Of a stretch of DNA of 64,000 nucleotides, positions 55,501 to 63,407 are shown piece after piece (position 1 is the first letter of the stretch; each line of letters starts with the position of its first letter). Under the pieces are notes generated by a model. It saw only the letters and a list, made by a program, of their open reading frames with translations, did no database searches and was not told the DNA's origin. This DNA is from Methanobacteriota archaeon (GTDB lineage Archaea > Thermoplasmatota > Poseidoniia > Poseidoniales > Thalassarchaeaceae), in the NCBI GenBank assembly GCA_014239955.1, contig JAAZXW010000012.1, positions 9,617 to 73,616 of the forward strand, in the 5' to 3' direction. A program made the position numbers and the translations under genes.

Positions 55501-55893
55501 GTCTGGCTGTACGCGATTGTCGGAATAGCGGGGTATGGTCTCAACATGGTCACAGTGTCCATCGCCGCCATATCGCTTGGTGTTGGAATAGACTACGTAA
55601 TCCACGTTATTGAGAGATTCAGAGAAGAGAAGGAGAAGGGTGCGAATACTATGAAATCGATTGAGGCAGTGGGAAGTGCATCCGGTATCGCGCTCTTTGG
55701 CTCAGCGGTTTCCGATATCACCGGTTTTGCAATAATTAACCAGTCAGAAATGGGGTTCTTCTCCACGTTCGGGCTCTTCTGTGCCATCATGATCGGACTA
55801 TCTCTTGTGGCAAGTCTGATCCTCACACCAGCCGCTCTTGGTCTCGCATTTCGAGATAGTAATACAACCGATAATGAAGCACCTATCGCCTGA
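52561..55893 (+). CDS. RND-superfamily exporter, MMPL/HpnN-like
   Basis: Two 6-TM bundles, each preceded by a large extracytoplasmic domain. SLGVGIDYVIHVIERFREEKE is the typical MMPL motif. GTG start overlaps the dnaJ end; an internal GTG start (VRDFG) is possible. Confidence 0.8.
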   Translation: MACKRTQSVKYSIVHDQTVRDFGSLADYLIPRRKKIHFTIIVVSILMVPGIIASSEPIDIESYDMESPELDANQVLREEFTAAGNIWGFGIFVRDPSHFGEPDSDVTMIAEFPGVKGGISEPRGGILNLTILREIDHDASTLRESEISEFYLPLASEISGDSAYGILDLATEFRTFMANQSSLTAPRINPYKLAATLDINASTDPAPTNWTNCGQLDCLSFDDPNVTQDHIDLAAHRMANNSNGAFLRFLSNDRAFLPDEEGAVVGPVGHQVSSNGSLISDNWQRGRWTASAAWMIINFDRYEMQQNGWTFTWKNASSEFGYEWNGLDLETKPIHDSVEVCRHREEVGQPLCSVEWLYLSLEEDLRESDEMIVSLMFAESINVEINRELISSAFLVLLMGFAILFLLWASLRRVSDVGIVATSLVLSLVWMYGLIGWAIILGKWSGNEIIFRSQFSNLLPILIMALEIDDSLHSLHRYKEERRLGASSEQAVHKAISKVGLAIMLTSVTTIVAFMANMTSSIAALRSFGIEAGIGVFCAFFLTGLWVPLARLDIDLWLETRGRLDEERKDIIHMIPSSWLSFVSTQAARYAPVVLIVSLLITALATPIMLSLEGDFQVEDFIEADSDLAVGVGLINERFSDEGEPAYILIEGNISNPLVLDAIDELRRNMNSHGPGDPDQISRMPNGDVELIGIDLMLWYTRGAMAWNQTPFEQAGWVFDSNDGGIGCKTLQVPNREMEFISIPSIDDSRCLSFLYGFMLTRGVPASGGYPSLSTSIVGEFIQVEGEIDFERPWLTKSGEDPIFPRTSLRFGISSPEQFALVEPALKQLEEDLSPIQNLSVTPNRERGDLQSAFADQEHPVTWALPTGEPVIRFVAADSMQDDLQDTLLLGLVFCIMSLWWGFREDSSALTRLKDAWGEPLQLVPRIVLNVLAMSIISYFLAGPDYTILFALLTVVFSILWGTKPLVLATITTAPIFLMIVWLYAIVGIAGYGLNMVTVSIAAISLGVGIDYVIHVIERFREEKEKGANTMKSIEAVGSASGIALFGSAVSDITGFAIINQSEMGFFSTFGLFCAIMIGLSLVASLILTPAALGLAFRDSNTTDNEAPIA

Positions 55894-55899
55894 TGTGGG

Positions 55900-57333
55900 C
55901 TATATATCTCTCCACGCACCCAGTGTATCTGTCAAGGCAACTTCTAGATTCGGATGGAGGAACTCATAACCATCTTCGATTAGTCTCGTGGGCAGCGCCT
56001 TCTGACTCTCCAAGGTGAGTTTGACGCCCATTTCTCCGAACAGAATCCTGACTATGAAGCCAGGAAGCGGAGCAAAGGCAGGACGCCCGAGAACCTTGCC
56101 TAGCGTCTTTGCGAAGGTCTTCTGCCTAGAGGGGCTGGGTGCAGTAAGATTGTACACACCACGCGAACGTTTGCTCATCAGAAGATGGTGAATTGCATAA
56201 ATCTCGTCATCCAGTGAGATCCACGACATCCACTGTTTGCCGCCTCCCATTGGCCCACCTGCACCCATCTTGAATGGCAGCAGCATCTTTCCAAGAGCCC
56301 CACCAGTTCCAGACAGAACAATTCCACTTCGAAGGAAAATGGTCCTAACTCCACAATCCTTCACTTGTGAGGCAGCAGACTCCCAATCCTCACAAATGCT
56401 AGGAAGGAATCCTTCTCCAGAATCACTCTCTTCATCCAGTTCCTCGTCTCCTCGATCCCCATACCAACCAATCGCGCTTGCGAGGATGAAAACCTCCGGT
56501 TTCTGCCTCAAGTTGCTTATTACTTCAGACAGAAGTGAGGTGCTGTCCACACGCGAGTCCCGAATCATCTTCTTGCGTTTCTTGCTCCATCTCTTGTCCC
56601 CAATGCCCTCTCCCCCGAGGTGGATGATGGCATCAAAACCCTCCAGTTTACTAACATCTAGAATTCCTGCAGAAGGATTCCATTGCAACTCCTTGGCACC
56701 TTCTTTGACCGGTCTTCTAACTAACCTCCAGACATCGTGGCCCCCGGTATCAAGGAAAGCTATCAGTTGAGTGCCAATCATTCCCGAAGAACCAGCAACA
56801 AGTATCCTCTTTCTTTGGATTTCTGAAAACTTTGCGTGCTGACCCATGTCCCTCTGCAATCGGAGCTCTCTAGCGGTGAACATTTGGGAAAGCCTCCTCC
56901 TGACTAGCCTACCTCCAAGAACTCTGTCAACCAGATTTCCAAATGGTCCGAATGGAACTTGGTAGGTCACTTCGTCAACAACCCTTGTAATGCCGTTTTC
57001 CTCGACAAGGTGGTGATCATGATTCCATGACCAAAACGGTCCCTTCACCATCGTATCAGAGAAAAAATGAGGCGGTTCGTAACCTGTGTGTTCTGCCACC
57101 CATGTCATTTTGATTGGCCCCATTGGAAATCTGAAAACCCTTTGAGAACCAACCTCCAGAGATTCATCTGCTCGGACCTCCTCTGCTACCTCCCACGGGG
57201 GCATCAGTCTGCGAAATGAACCCTCATGCTCAAACCAAGCGAAGGTTGACTCCGCATCCGCTTCTACAATCGTCTCGTGTTTGTATTGATACATATTAAT
57301 TCCCTGTGGCAGACAAACACCGCTTGAAATCAC
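55900..57333 (-). CDS. SRPBCC (START-like) domain fused to a YfcH-type NAD-binding epimerase-family protein (DUF1731 C-terminus)
   Basis: The N-terminal ~150 aa form a cyclase/START-like domain, followed by the Rossmann motif ILVAGSSGMIGTQL and a TIGR01777-like C-terminus. Confidence 0.7.
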   Translation of the reverse strand: MISSGVCLPQGINMYQYKHETIVEADAESTFAWFEHEGSFRRLMPPWEVAEEVRADESLEVGSQRVFRFPMGPIKMTWVAEHTGYEPPHFFSDTMVKGPFWSWNHDHHLVEENGITRVVDEVTYQVPFGPFGNLVDRVLGGRLVRRRLSQMFTARELRLQRDMGQHAKFSEIQRKRILVAGSSGMIGTQLIAFLDTGGHDVWRLVRRPVKEGAKELQWNPSAGILDVSKLEGFDAIIHLGGEGIGDKRWSKKRKKMIRDSRVDSTSLLSEVISNLRQKPEVFILASAIGWYGDRGDEELDEESDSGEGFLPSICEDWESAASQVKDCGVRTIFLRSGIVLSGTGGALGKMLLPFKMGAGGPMGGGKQWMSWISLDDEIYAIHHLLMSKRSRGVYNLTAPSPSRQKTFAKTLGKVLGRPAFAPLPGFIVRILFGEMGVKLTLESQKALPTRLIEDGYEFLHPNLEVALTDTLGAWRDI

Positions 57334-57597
57334 CCTATTTCATTTATTGTTTCAGATTCGGGAATTTCTTTGTCCAAGATTCACCTCTTTTCCATTTTTC
57401 CAATGCATATTCTTCGTGAAAAACCCCCCTAGGGGTAATGTTGGGTTGAAAATCTGGTCAATCTTGGAAAGAAATGACATCACCGATTTCTCTCATATTC
57501 ACCTGATTGTTCACTAGGCTAAATTTCTTTACAAAGCCACCATGAAATACAATGATATGGAGCAGTCTCTGCTAAGTCAGATTACAGAGGCGAAATC

Positions 57598-57921
57598 ATG
57601 TCAAGAGAATTGCTGACAGAATTGGAGAGGAGCGATGAGTATTGCATCATGAGATTCGCAGATGGGAACTCGTTTAGGATTAGCTACTTGAAAATTCGAT
57701 CTAACTGCCAATGTGCAAAATGCAAACCGCGGCAGGAAAACGAGCAAAGAAAGATAGAATTTGAGGAAGAGATAATGCGTTTGAGACTTGAGAAGCCAAA
57801 GGCGTCTCCTGTTGGCCGATACGGGGTACAACTAGAGTGGCCCTCTGGATGCTCAAGCGGCATACACTCATTTTCACATCTCAGAGAAGTTTGCGAATTA
57901 CACGGGACTCCCGGAGAATAG
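57598..57921 (+). CDS. DUF971 protein (gamma-butyrobetaine hydroxylase N-terminal-like)
   Basis: LKIRSNCQCAKCK ... GRYGVQLEWPSGCSSGIHSFSHLRE follows the DUF971 pattern (C.CA.C ... W.DGH.SGIY). Confidence 0.6.
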   Translation: MSRELLTELERSDEYCIMRFADGNSFRISYLKIRSNCQCAKCKPRQENEQRKIEFEEEIMRLRLEKPKASPVGRYGVQLEWPSGCSSGIHSFSHLREVCELHGTPGE

Positions 57922-57964
57922 CCCTCAATACGAAGCACTCAAATCCTCACTTCTACACCGAACC

Positions 57965-59437
57965 ATGTCGAAGCAACGGGTCCTCCCCGGCGCTACGGTG
58001 GCGATTTACATGCAAGATAGAGAACCGGAAGGTACTGGAAACGAACTAGATGAAGAGGATGAGTGGCAACTCTACGCTTCAGCAGGCTACGCTTCATCTG
58101 AATTAGAAGCCGAGGAAAAGGACTCAGAAGAAGACAAACCAGGGGAGATCTGGTTTGACGGCGACGATTTTGATTCCGAGAGAAGCACTGTGAATTGGGA
58201 CTCGCCTCCCTGCCCCGCCCCTTTGGGGATAGCTCATGTGATTAAGATTGGAGTTTGCAACCATTGCCTGATTCGGATATCCGGATTTCGTTCCAGGGGG
58301 TCTGGTCCTGATTCAGGTGCCGCAATCAGAGAGGAGGCATTATTGAGGGACAGAGAGCTGCAGTCAAAAATCACTCAGGACTATTGTCCTCTCTGCGAGA
58401 ATCTTTTCGAAGACATAGAGAATATAGTGGACAGATTGTTCGACACACTGTCTGATACAGATTTCTCGACTATGCAATTTGGGATCCACTTGCCAAAGGA
58501 CCTCCTCCAAGAGGAGGATCGAATCAGAAGCAAGTATGGGGCCCCAGGTTCATATCATCTCAAAGGTGCTATCGTAGAATCAATACACAAGAGAATCAGA
58601 GAACTCGATAAGAAAGTCGATTTCGTTAAGGAAAAGCCAGACGTAATGGTTCTAGTTGATGGCCTAACTCTCAGGGTTGACGTGGATGTAAGGCCAATCT
58701 TTCTGTATGGCAGGTATAGGAAACTATCACGTGGAATACCGCAAACACGTTGGCCCTGCAGGGCTTGTAGGGGCAGGGCTCTAGGCTGCGAATCTTGTGA
58801 GGGAACAGGTCTACAATACCTCGACTCGGTGCAAGATCTGATCGGTGAACCTATCAGAGAGGCTCTTGGTGCAGAAGATACATCATTCCACGGGATGGGG
58901 AGGGAAGACATCGACGTCAGATGCCTCGGGTCAGGAAGGCCGTTCGTCTTGGAAGTCAAGAGGCCATCTAGGAGGAAACTCCCAGTCGAAGACTTAGTTG
59001 AGATGGTAAAAATAAATGCCCCAGGGAAAGTTGAGGTTGACAACTTGAAGTGGTGTACAAGAACGAAGATAAACGAGGTCAAGCAATCTAGGTCAGAGAA
59101 GACATACATGATTCGATTCAGAGCAGAGGGCATTGATGACAATGAAATTGCAGAACAATCAATACTTTCCCTCGAAGGCCAAGTTATCGACCAAGAAACC
59201 CCAAAGAGAGTTTCACACAGGAGAGCCGCAAAGACGAGAAGGAGGAAAATCACCTCTATCGACAAAGTAAGTTTCGAAGGTGAAGAAGTCGAAATCACTC
59301 TGAGGTGTGAAGCAGGAACCTACGTCAAGGAATTGGTGCACTCCGACGAAGGCCGAACCACCCCTTCTGTCCAGAGCGTTCTAGGAAAAGATTGTGAAGT
59401 CGTCCGGCTCGATGTACTTGAGATTCACGCCGACTAG
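57965..59437 (+). CDS. pus10: tRNA pseudouridine(54/55) synthase Pus10
   Basis: Zn-binding CNHC...CPLC, CRACRG..CESCEG, and the catalytic region GREDIDVRCLGSGRPFVLEVKRP. A ~90-aa acidic N-terminal extension is present. Confidence 0.8.
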   Translation: MSKQRVLPGATVAIYMQDREPEGTGNELDEEDEWQLYASAGYASSELEAEEKDSEEDKPGEIWFDGDDFDSERSTVNWDSPPCPAPLGIAHVIKIGVCNHCLIRISGFRSRGSGPDSGAAIREEALLRDRELQSKITQDYCPLCENLFEDIENIVDRLFDTLSDTDFSTMQFGIHLPKDLLQEEDRIRSKYGAPGSYHLKGAIVESIHKRIRELDKKVDFVKEKPDVMVLVDGLTLRVDVDVRPIFLYGRYRKLSRGIPQTRWPCRACRGRALGCESCEGTGLQYLDSVQDLIGEPIREALGAEDTSFHGMGREDIDVRCLGSGRPFVLEVKRPSRRKLPVEDLVEMVKINAPGKVEVDNLKWCTRTKINEVKQSRSEKTYMIRFRAEGIDDNEIAEQSILSLEGQVIDQETPKRVSHRRAAKTRRRKITSIDKVSFEGEEVEITLRCEAGTYVKELVHSDEGRTTPSVQSVLGKDCEVVRLDVLEIHAD

Positions 59438-59512
59438 GTAGAAAACTGACATCCGAGTCCTTAAGAACGCCCCACAGGTCGCCCGAATTAGCGATAATGG
59501 AGCAGTGAGATT

Positions 59513-59806
59513 ATGGTCACCAGGACAAAGGGGTCTAGACAGGGAACTAGAAGCATCCTAAGGAAGGACAAGAGGGAGCGTAGAAGACTGTTCATCGGCA
59601 GGTCAATGCACACTTACCAGGAAGGGGACAGGGTGGCAATCGTACTCGATGGAGCCCAGCAGAAGGGGATGCCACACAGACGTTTCCAAGGGAGAACCGG
59701 AGTAATCTCAGGCTCCCAGGGAAGAGCATTCGTGATCAGGGTCGCTGATGGCAACATGATGAAGACAGTAGTTGCCCGACCTGAGCATCTCAGACCAATA
59801 GAGTAG
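59513..59806 (+). CDS. rpl21e: 50S ribosomal protein eL21
   Basis: YQEGDRVAIVLDGAQQKGMPHRRFQGRTGVISG...RPEHLRPI. It begins the conserved L21e-rpoF-DUF655-rsmA cluster. Confidence 0.9.
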   Translation: MVTRTKGSRQGTRSILRKDKRERRRLFIGRSMHTYQEGDRVAIVLDGAQQKGMPHRRFQGRTGVISGSQGRAFVIRVADGNMMKTVVARPEHLRPIE

Positions 59807-59814
59807 GTGGAAAA

Positions 59815-60177
59815 ATGACTGAAAGAGAATTTGTGGACTTCGCTACCGTTAGAGATAAGCTTCTCGAGGCAATCGAGAGAAGGGGGGAGATTTCCTATGA
59901 ACAGACAATGGCACTACAACACGCGGAATGGAAGGCCAGCGCCAGTGGGCACCCGTCGGGGAACCTCAAGACCGATCCTGCTGTCTACACCGGCCTATTC
60001 ACTGCTCTAATGGAAAACGAGAAACTGAAGCAGTACCCTGAAGTTTCCTCCAAGATAGCCGAACTCGCTCCTCTCACAGTTTCTAATGTTAGGGTAATCA
60101 TCGCTAGCAAGAGGATTGCCATGGACACCTCGGAAATCGAGGAAGTAATCACCGTGATCCGTCAACACGTCCTATAG
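59815..60177 (+). CDS. rpoF: DNA-directed RNA polymerase subunit Rpo4 (RpoF)
   Basis: 120 aa, in the conserved position after rpl21e. ISYEQTMALQHAE and KIAELAPLTVSNVRVII fit Rpo4/F. AGGTGG lies before the ATG. Confidence 0.65.
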   Translation: MTEREFVDFATVRDKLLEAIERRGEISYEQTMALQHAEWKASASGHPSGNLKTDPAVYTGLFTALMENEKLKQYPEVSSKIAELAPLTVSNVRVIIASKRIAMDTSEIEEVITVIRQHVL

Positions 60178-60241
60178 TGCTTCAAACCCCTTTCAAGCAA
60201 CTCATTCATGAGGGAGAACCATTCTGGGTAGGTTGGAGATT

Positions 60242-60814
60242 ATGCAGCCCAAGGACGCCCAAGACCCCGACGGAGAAGAAAATGACCCCCTCCACGAAGA
60301 GGTCCGACTAAGAATTCTTGATATCCGGGAAAGAAGGCCAATCGGTCACGAGATTCAGTGCATTAGCGAGCCTTCGCTGTATTTGCTCAGAGCAAGAGTA
60401 AGGGGCACGATCGGTTTTTCTGTAAGTGAGACAATCGAAATCCCAGCGGAAAATATCGGCTCACTCTCTGAAGTGCGTCTTAAGGATCTTAGCGGGACCT
60501 CACAACAAGAGTTAGTTACCGCCCTTTCCCATTCAATTCGAGCTGATCCTGATAGACATATCTCATTCTACAACAGTGCCGGCCCGATGTCGCTAAAATT
60601 CCACTCATTCCAATTATTGGCGGGTATCGGCAACTCCAAGGCTATACAGATGGTCCAAAAGAGGGGTATTGCAGGATGGCAAACCTTCGAAGATATAGAC
60701 GAGGATTGTGGTATAGAGTCAGTCCCACTTCTTGCAGAACGGTATGTGAAGGAGATGGAGGATGTTGCCCAGACTCCCCGCTTACTTGATTTGCTAGTCC
60801 GCACAGAGCAGTGA
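60242..60814 (+). CDS. DUF655 protein (predicted RNA-binding, OB plus HhH)
   Basis: FYNSAGPMSLKFHSFQLLAGIGNSKAIQMVQKR and its conserved position between rpoF and rsmA. The ORF opens at TTG 60233. Confidence 0.65.
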   Translation: MQPKDAQDPDGEENDPLHEEVRLRILDIRERRPIGHEIQCISEPSLYLLRARVRGTIGFSVSETIEIPAENIGSLSEVRLKDLSGTSQQELVTALSHSIRADPDRHISFYNSAGPMSLKFHSFQLLAGIGNSKAIQMVQKRGIAGWQTFEDIDEDCGIESVPLLAERYVKEMEDVAQTPRLLDLLVRTEQ

Positions 60815-60815
60815 T

Positions 60816-61724
60816 ATGGAGTCGCTGCAAGGTCTTGATACCCGACTTCTTGTCGACCTTCTCCGGGATCGTATAAATCCCAGCAGATCACTTGGGCAAC
60901 ACTACTTGGTCGATGAGGAAGTAATCGAGAGAACCATGCGTCTCACAGAAGAATTCGACTCCCCCCTTTCGAGTAATTCTCACGTTCTAGAGGTTGGACC
61001 GGGCCCAGGATCACTAACCCTAGAATTACTAAGGAGCCATTCCAATGTCACAGCGATAGAGATTGATAAACAGTCAGTGGAACACTTGGAACGGATATTT
61101 GGAGAAAGAAAATGCACACTAATTCTCGAAGAAGCCGATGCAGTCTCAGAAAGGTGGCCCGAAGGGATTACGCACGTGATATCCAATCTCCCATATCAGA
61201 TTTCAAGTCCGATAGTAGATAGAATCACGAAATATCATCATTCTGAACCAATACAACTTTCCATTCTCTTAGTCCAAGAGGAATTCGCCCACAGGATGGC
61301 AATGTTCTCCGCTCCCTATGACATTGGACCATTGGGTCTGAATCTGTGGCTCGACTTCGATGTATCTCTAGACAGAAGAGTTTCTCCAAGTTCCTTCAGC
61401 CCATCCCCTCGTGTACAATCTAGACTAGTAGTCCTCAAGCCAGCCATTAGGCCCGAGGCCGAAGGAACGAACAAGCAACTGTTCAGAATTATCACCAGGC
61501 ACTGCTTCTCCAACAGAAGGAGAAAGATGAGGACCCTACTATCCAAACCCCCGTCCAGAATTTCTCGTGTTTCTGGGTGGCACAGGGAGAGATGGTCGAA
61601 ATCTGTTACGAAACTGCTCTCTTCCAAGTCTCTAGATTTGGAAGATGGCTGGGCCGATCTGAGGCCTGAGAATCTAGAGCCGATTGATTGGATAACAATA
61701 GTCGCTGAGATCTCTTCAGAATAG
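60816..61724 (+). CDS. rsmA: 16S rRNA (adenine1518/1519-N6)-dimethyltransferase RsmA/KsgA (Dim1)
   Basis: LGQHYLVD, SAM motif VLEVGPGPGSLT, and ISNLPYQISSPI. Confidence 0.9.
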   Translation: MESLQGLDTRLLVDLLRDRINPSRSLGQHYLVDEEVIERTMRLTEEFDSPLSSNSHVLEVGPGPGSLTLELLRSHSNVTAIEIDKQSVEHLERIFGERKCTLILEEADAVSERWPEGITHVISNLPYQISSPIVDRITKYHHSEPIQLSILLVQEEFAHRMAMFSAPYDIGPLGLNLWLDFDVSLDRRVSPSSFSPSPRVQSRLVVLKPAIRPEAEGTNKQLFRIITRHCFSNRRRKMRTLLSKPPSRISRVSGWHRERWSKSVTKLLSSKSLDLEDGWADLRPENLEPIDWITIVAEISSE

Positions 61725-61820
61725 CAATTTTGGACAATTTGACATCGACTTGATAGAGGCCCCCCCCTTCCGAGGGTCAGCCTAGGTGGAGAAGTTACCT
61801 GAGCCAATGGGAGGGATTTA

Positions 61821-62909
61821 GTGGCAAAGAAGGACACCTATCTCGCTCTATTGAGGAGGGGGATCGATGAGACGACTGCTCAGATTCTCTCAGACGGAGG
61901 AATCAAGATTGGGGATCTCAAGACGCTAGATGCTGAAACCCTAATCAACAACTACGGAATCAAGAAAGAGGTAGCCAAATCGGTCTTGGATGCAGTAAAG
62001 GCAGGCCCGAGGTCATCGGGCAGACAGAGGTTCCTAGCCGATGTCCTGTCGGACAACAAGAAGAAGGTCGACAAGATCGAGGAGACTCGATTCAAGCGTG
62101 AGCAGAAAGACATCCATGCAGAATTGCAAGAGAAGAAGGAGCAACTTCGTCTAGTAAGGGTAGAGGACTTCAGGAACAAGAAGCTAGTAATGAACCGACT
62201 GGGCAAAACGGTTGAGTTGATTGTCAAGTTAGAGAACAACCTAGATGACGAGTCTAAGGATGAGCAGAGATCAAAGATAAGGGACCAACTAGAGACCAGG
62301 GGCCTTGAGGCAGCTAGGGATCACGAAATGCTAGAACTTGCCGGCACCCCTCAAGATATTGTCGACTTCCGCAGGAAGATTGCCCCCGTGCTCTGTCTTC
62401 ACGCCTGCCCACATTGCGGAGAGGAGATGGACCCGAGAGGGAGCAACATCATGGAAAGCCCCTCTGATTTCTCATTCGTCTGCTGGGACTGTGAGGAGGA
62501 GTTCCACGCTGCCATGGCTCAGTCGGTTGAGGGTAGATTGAGCAACGGTTCTAGGATAACAATAGATCCGAAGATTAAACCTCGACTTCCTGTAATCAAG
62601 CCTCCAAAGAAGGACAAGTCCAGTTCAATCACAGACCTACTGATGAGGGATTTGGAGTCTGCCGGAGCTTCAGCAGAGGAATTGGAAGCGGCATTGGAGG
62701 CCAGCACACTTTCGGGGGTTCTAATGAGCATAGACGAGTGGATAGATCAGACAATTGCGGCCAAGGGGTACATCCAGGCGCAGGAGGACAGGGAGGAATT
62801 CATCATCGCCACAGGTGCCGGGGCTACAAAGTTCAACAAGTGGATGAAGAAGGCCGGACTGAGGTTCAACAAGCAAACTGGAAGATGGACCCGGTGGGAG
62901 GACCGGTGA
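61821..62909 (+). CDS. Protein with an N-terminal HhH-like domain, a central coiled coil and a C-terminal Cys4 zinc ribbon; unknown function
   Basis: GIDETTAQILSDGGIKIGDLKTLDAETLINNYGIKKEVAKSVLDAV, a K/E-rich helix, and CPHCGEEM...CWDCEEEF. GTG start is preceded by GGGAGGG. Confidence 0.5.
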   Translation: MAKKDTYLALLRRGIDETTAQILSDGGIKIGDLKTLDAETLINNYGIKKEVAKSVLDAVKAGPRSSGRQRFLADVLSDNKKKVDKIEETRFKREQKDIHAELQEKKEQLRLVRVEDFRNKKLVMNRLGKTVELIVKLENNLDDESKDEQRSKIRDQLETRGLEAARDHEMLELAGTPQDIVDFRRKIAPVLCLHACPHCGEEMDPRGSNIMESPSDFSFVCWDCEEEFHAAMAQSVEGRLSNGSRITIDPKIKPRLPVIKPPKKDKSSSITDLLMRDLESAGASAEELEAALEASTLSGVLMSIDEWIDQTIAAKGYIQAQEDREEFIIATGAGATKFNKWMKKAGLRFNKQTGRWTRWEDR

Positions 62910-62916
62910 ATTCGGA

Positions 62917-63051
62917 ATGTCCGATTTCATGGTTTCCCTCACGGTGTCCGTAATCGGAATATCGATAATGTCATGGTGGCTTTACACCAGAATCTCTCAG
63001 AAACTCATTGAGGTCGGAGAGAGAAACAAATGGGACCAAGAAAAACCCTGA
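62917..63051 (+). CDS. Possible 44-aa single-TM micro-protein
   Basis: ATG...TGA ORF not in the supplied track (under 60 aa): MSDFMVSLTVSVIGISIMSWWLYTRISQKLIEVGERNKWDQEKP. It fills an otherwise empty 143-nt gap. Confidence 0.2.
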   Translation: MSDFMVSLTVSVIGISIMSWWLYTRISQKLIEVGERNKWDQEKP

Positions 63052-63052
63052 A

Positions 63053-63346
63053 CTACTCGTTGATGGCTGCAGTCCACCTATCAGATTGAGGGATCCCCAC
63101 AATTTCGATATGACATGCAAGAACCCCTCGTTGCTTCTTCAACAGGCCCCTCAAGTCGATTAGATCATCAAGACAGCAAGGGCAGTGTGGTTTGCTGGGC
63201 TTTATCCAAAGTTCTACGATTCCTGAATTATCTATTTCCACTCCCTTCAGAATCGATGGGTCAACAATCGACTTTCCATGTGGGTCATTCCGCTTCCTCA
63301 GGGTTCTCGCTACGGTTCTATGAACAACACCGGAGCCCCCACTCAT
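63053..63346 (-). CDS. DUF59/MIP18-like protein (Fe-S assembly-related fold)
   Basis: DPHGKSIVDPSILKGVEIDNSGIVELWIKPSKPHCPCC resembles DUF59 (DPE...iv.lG.v..v.i....v.v.l.lt...CP). Confidence 0.45.
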   Translation of the reverse strand: MSGGSGVVHRTVARTLRKRNDPHGKSIVDPSILKGVEIDNSGIVELWIKPSKPHCPCCLDDLIDLRGLLKKQRGVLACHIEIVGIPQSDRWTAAINE

Positions 63347-63407
63347 GAATCGTCGTGAACGAAATCGGAAATAGGACTAACTGAAAGATAGTACGATTTC
63401 CATGTGT

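Noticed and set aside
58555-59298. 247-aa minus-strand ORF
   Set aside because: It is antisense within pus10, whose catalytic motifs are unambiguous on the plus strand.
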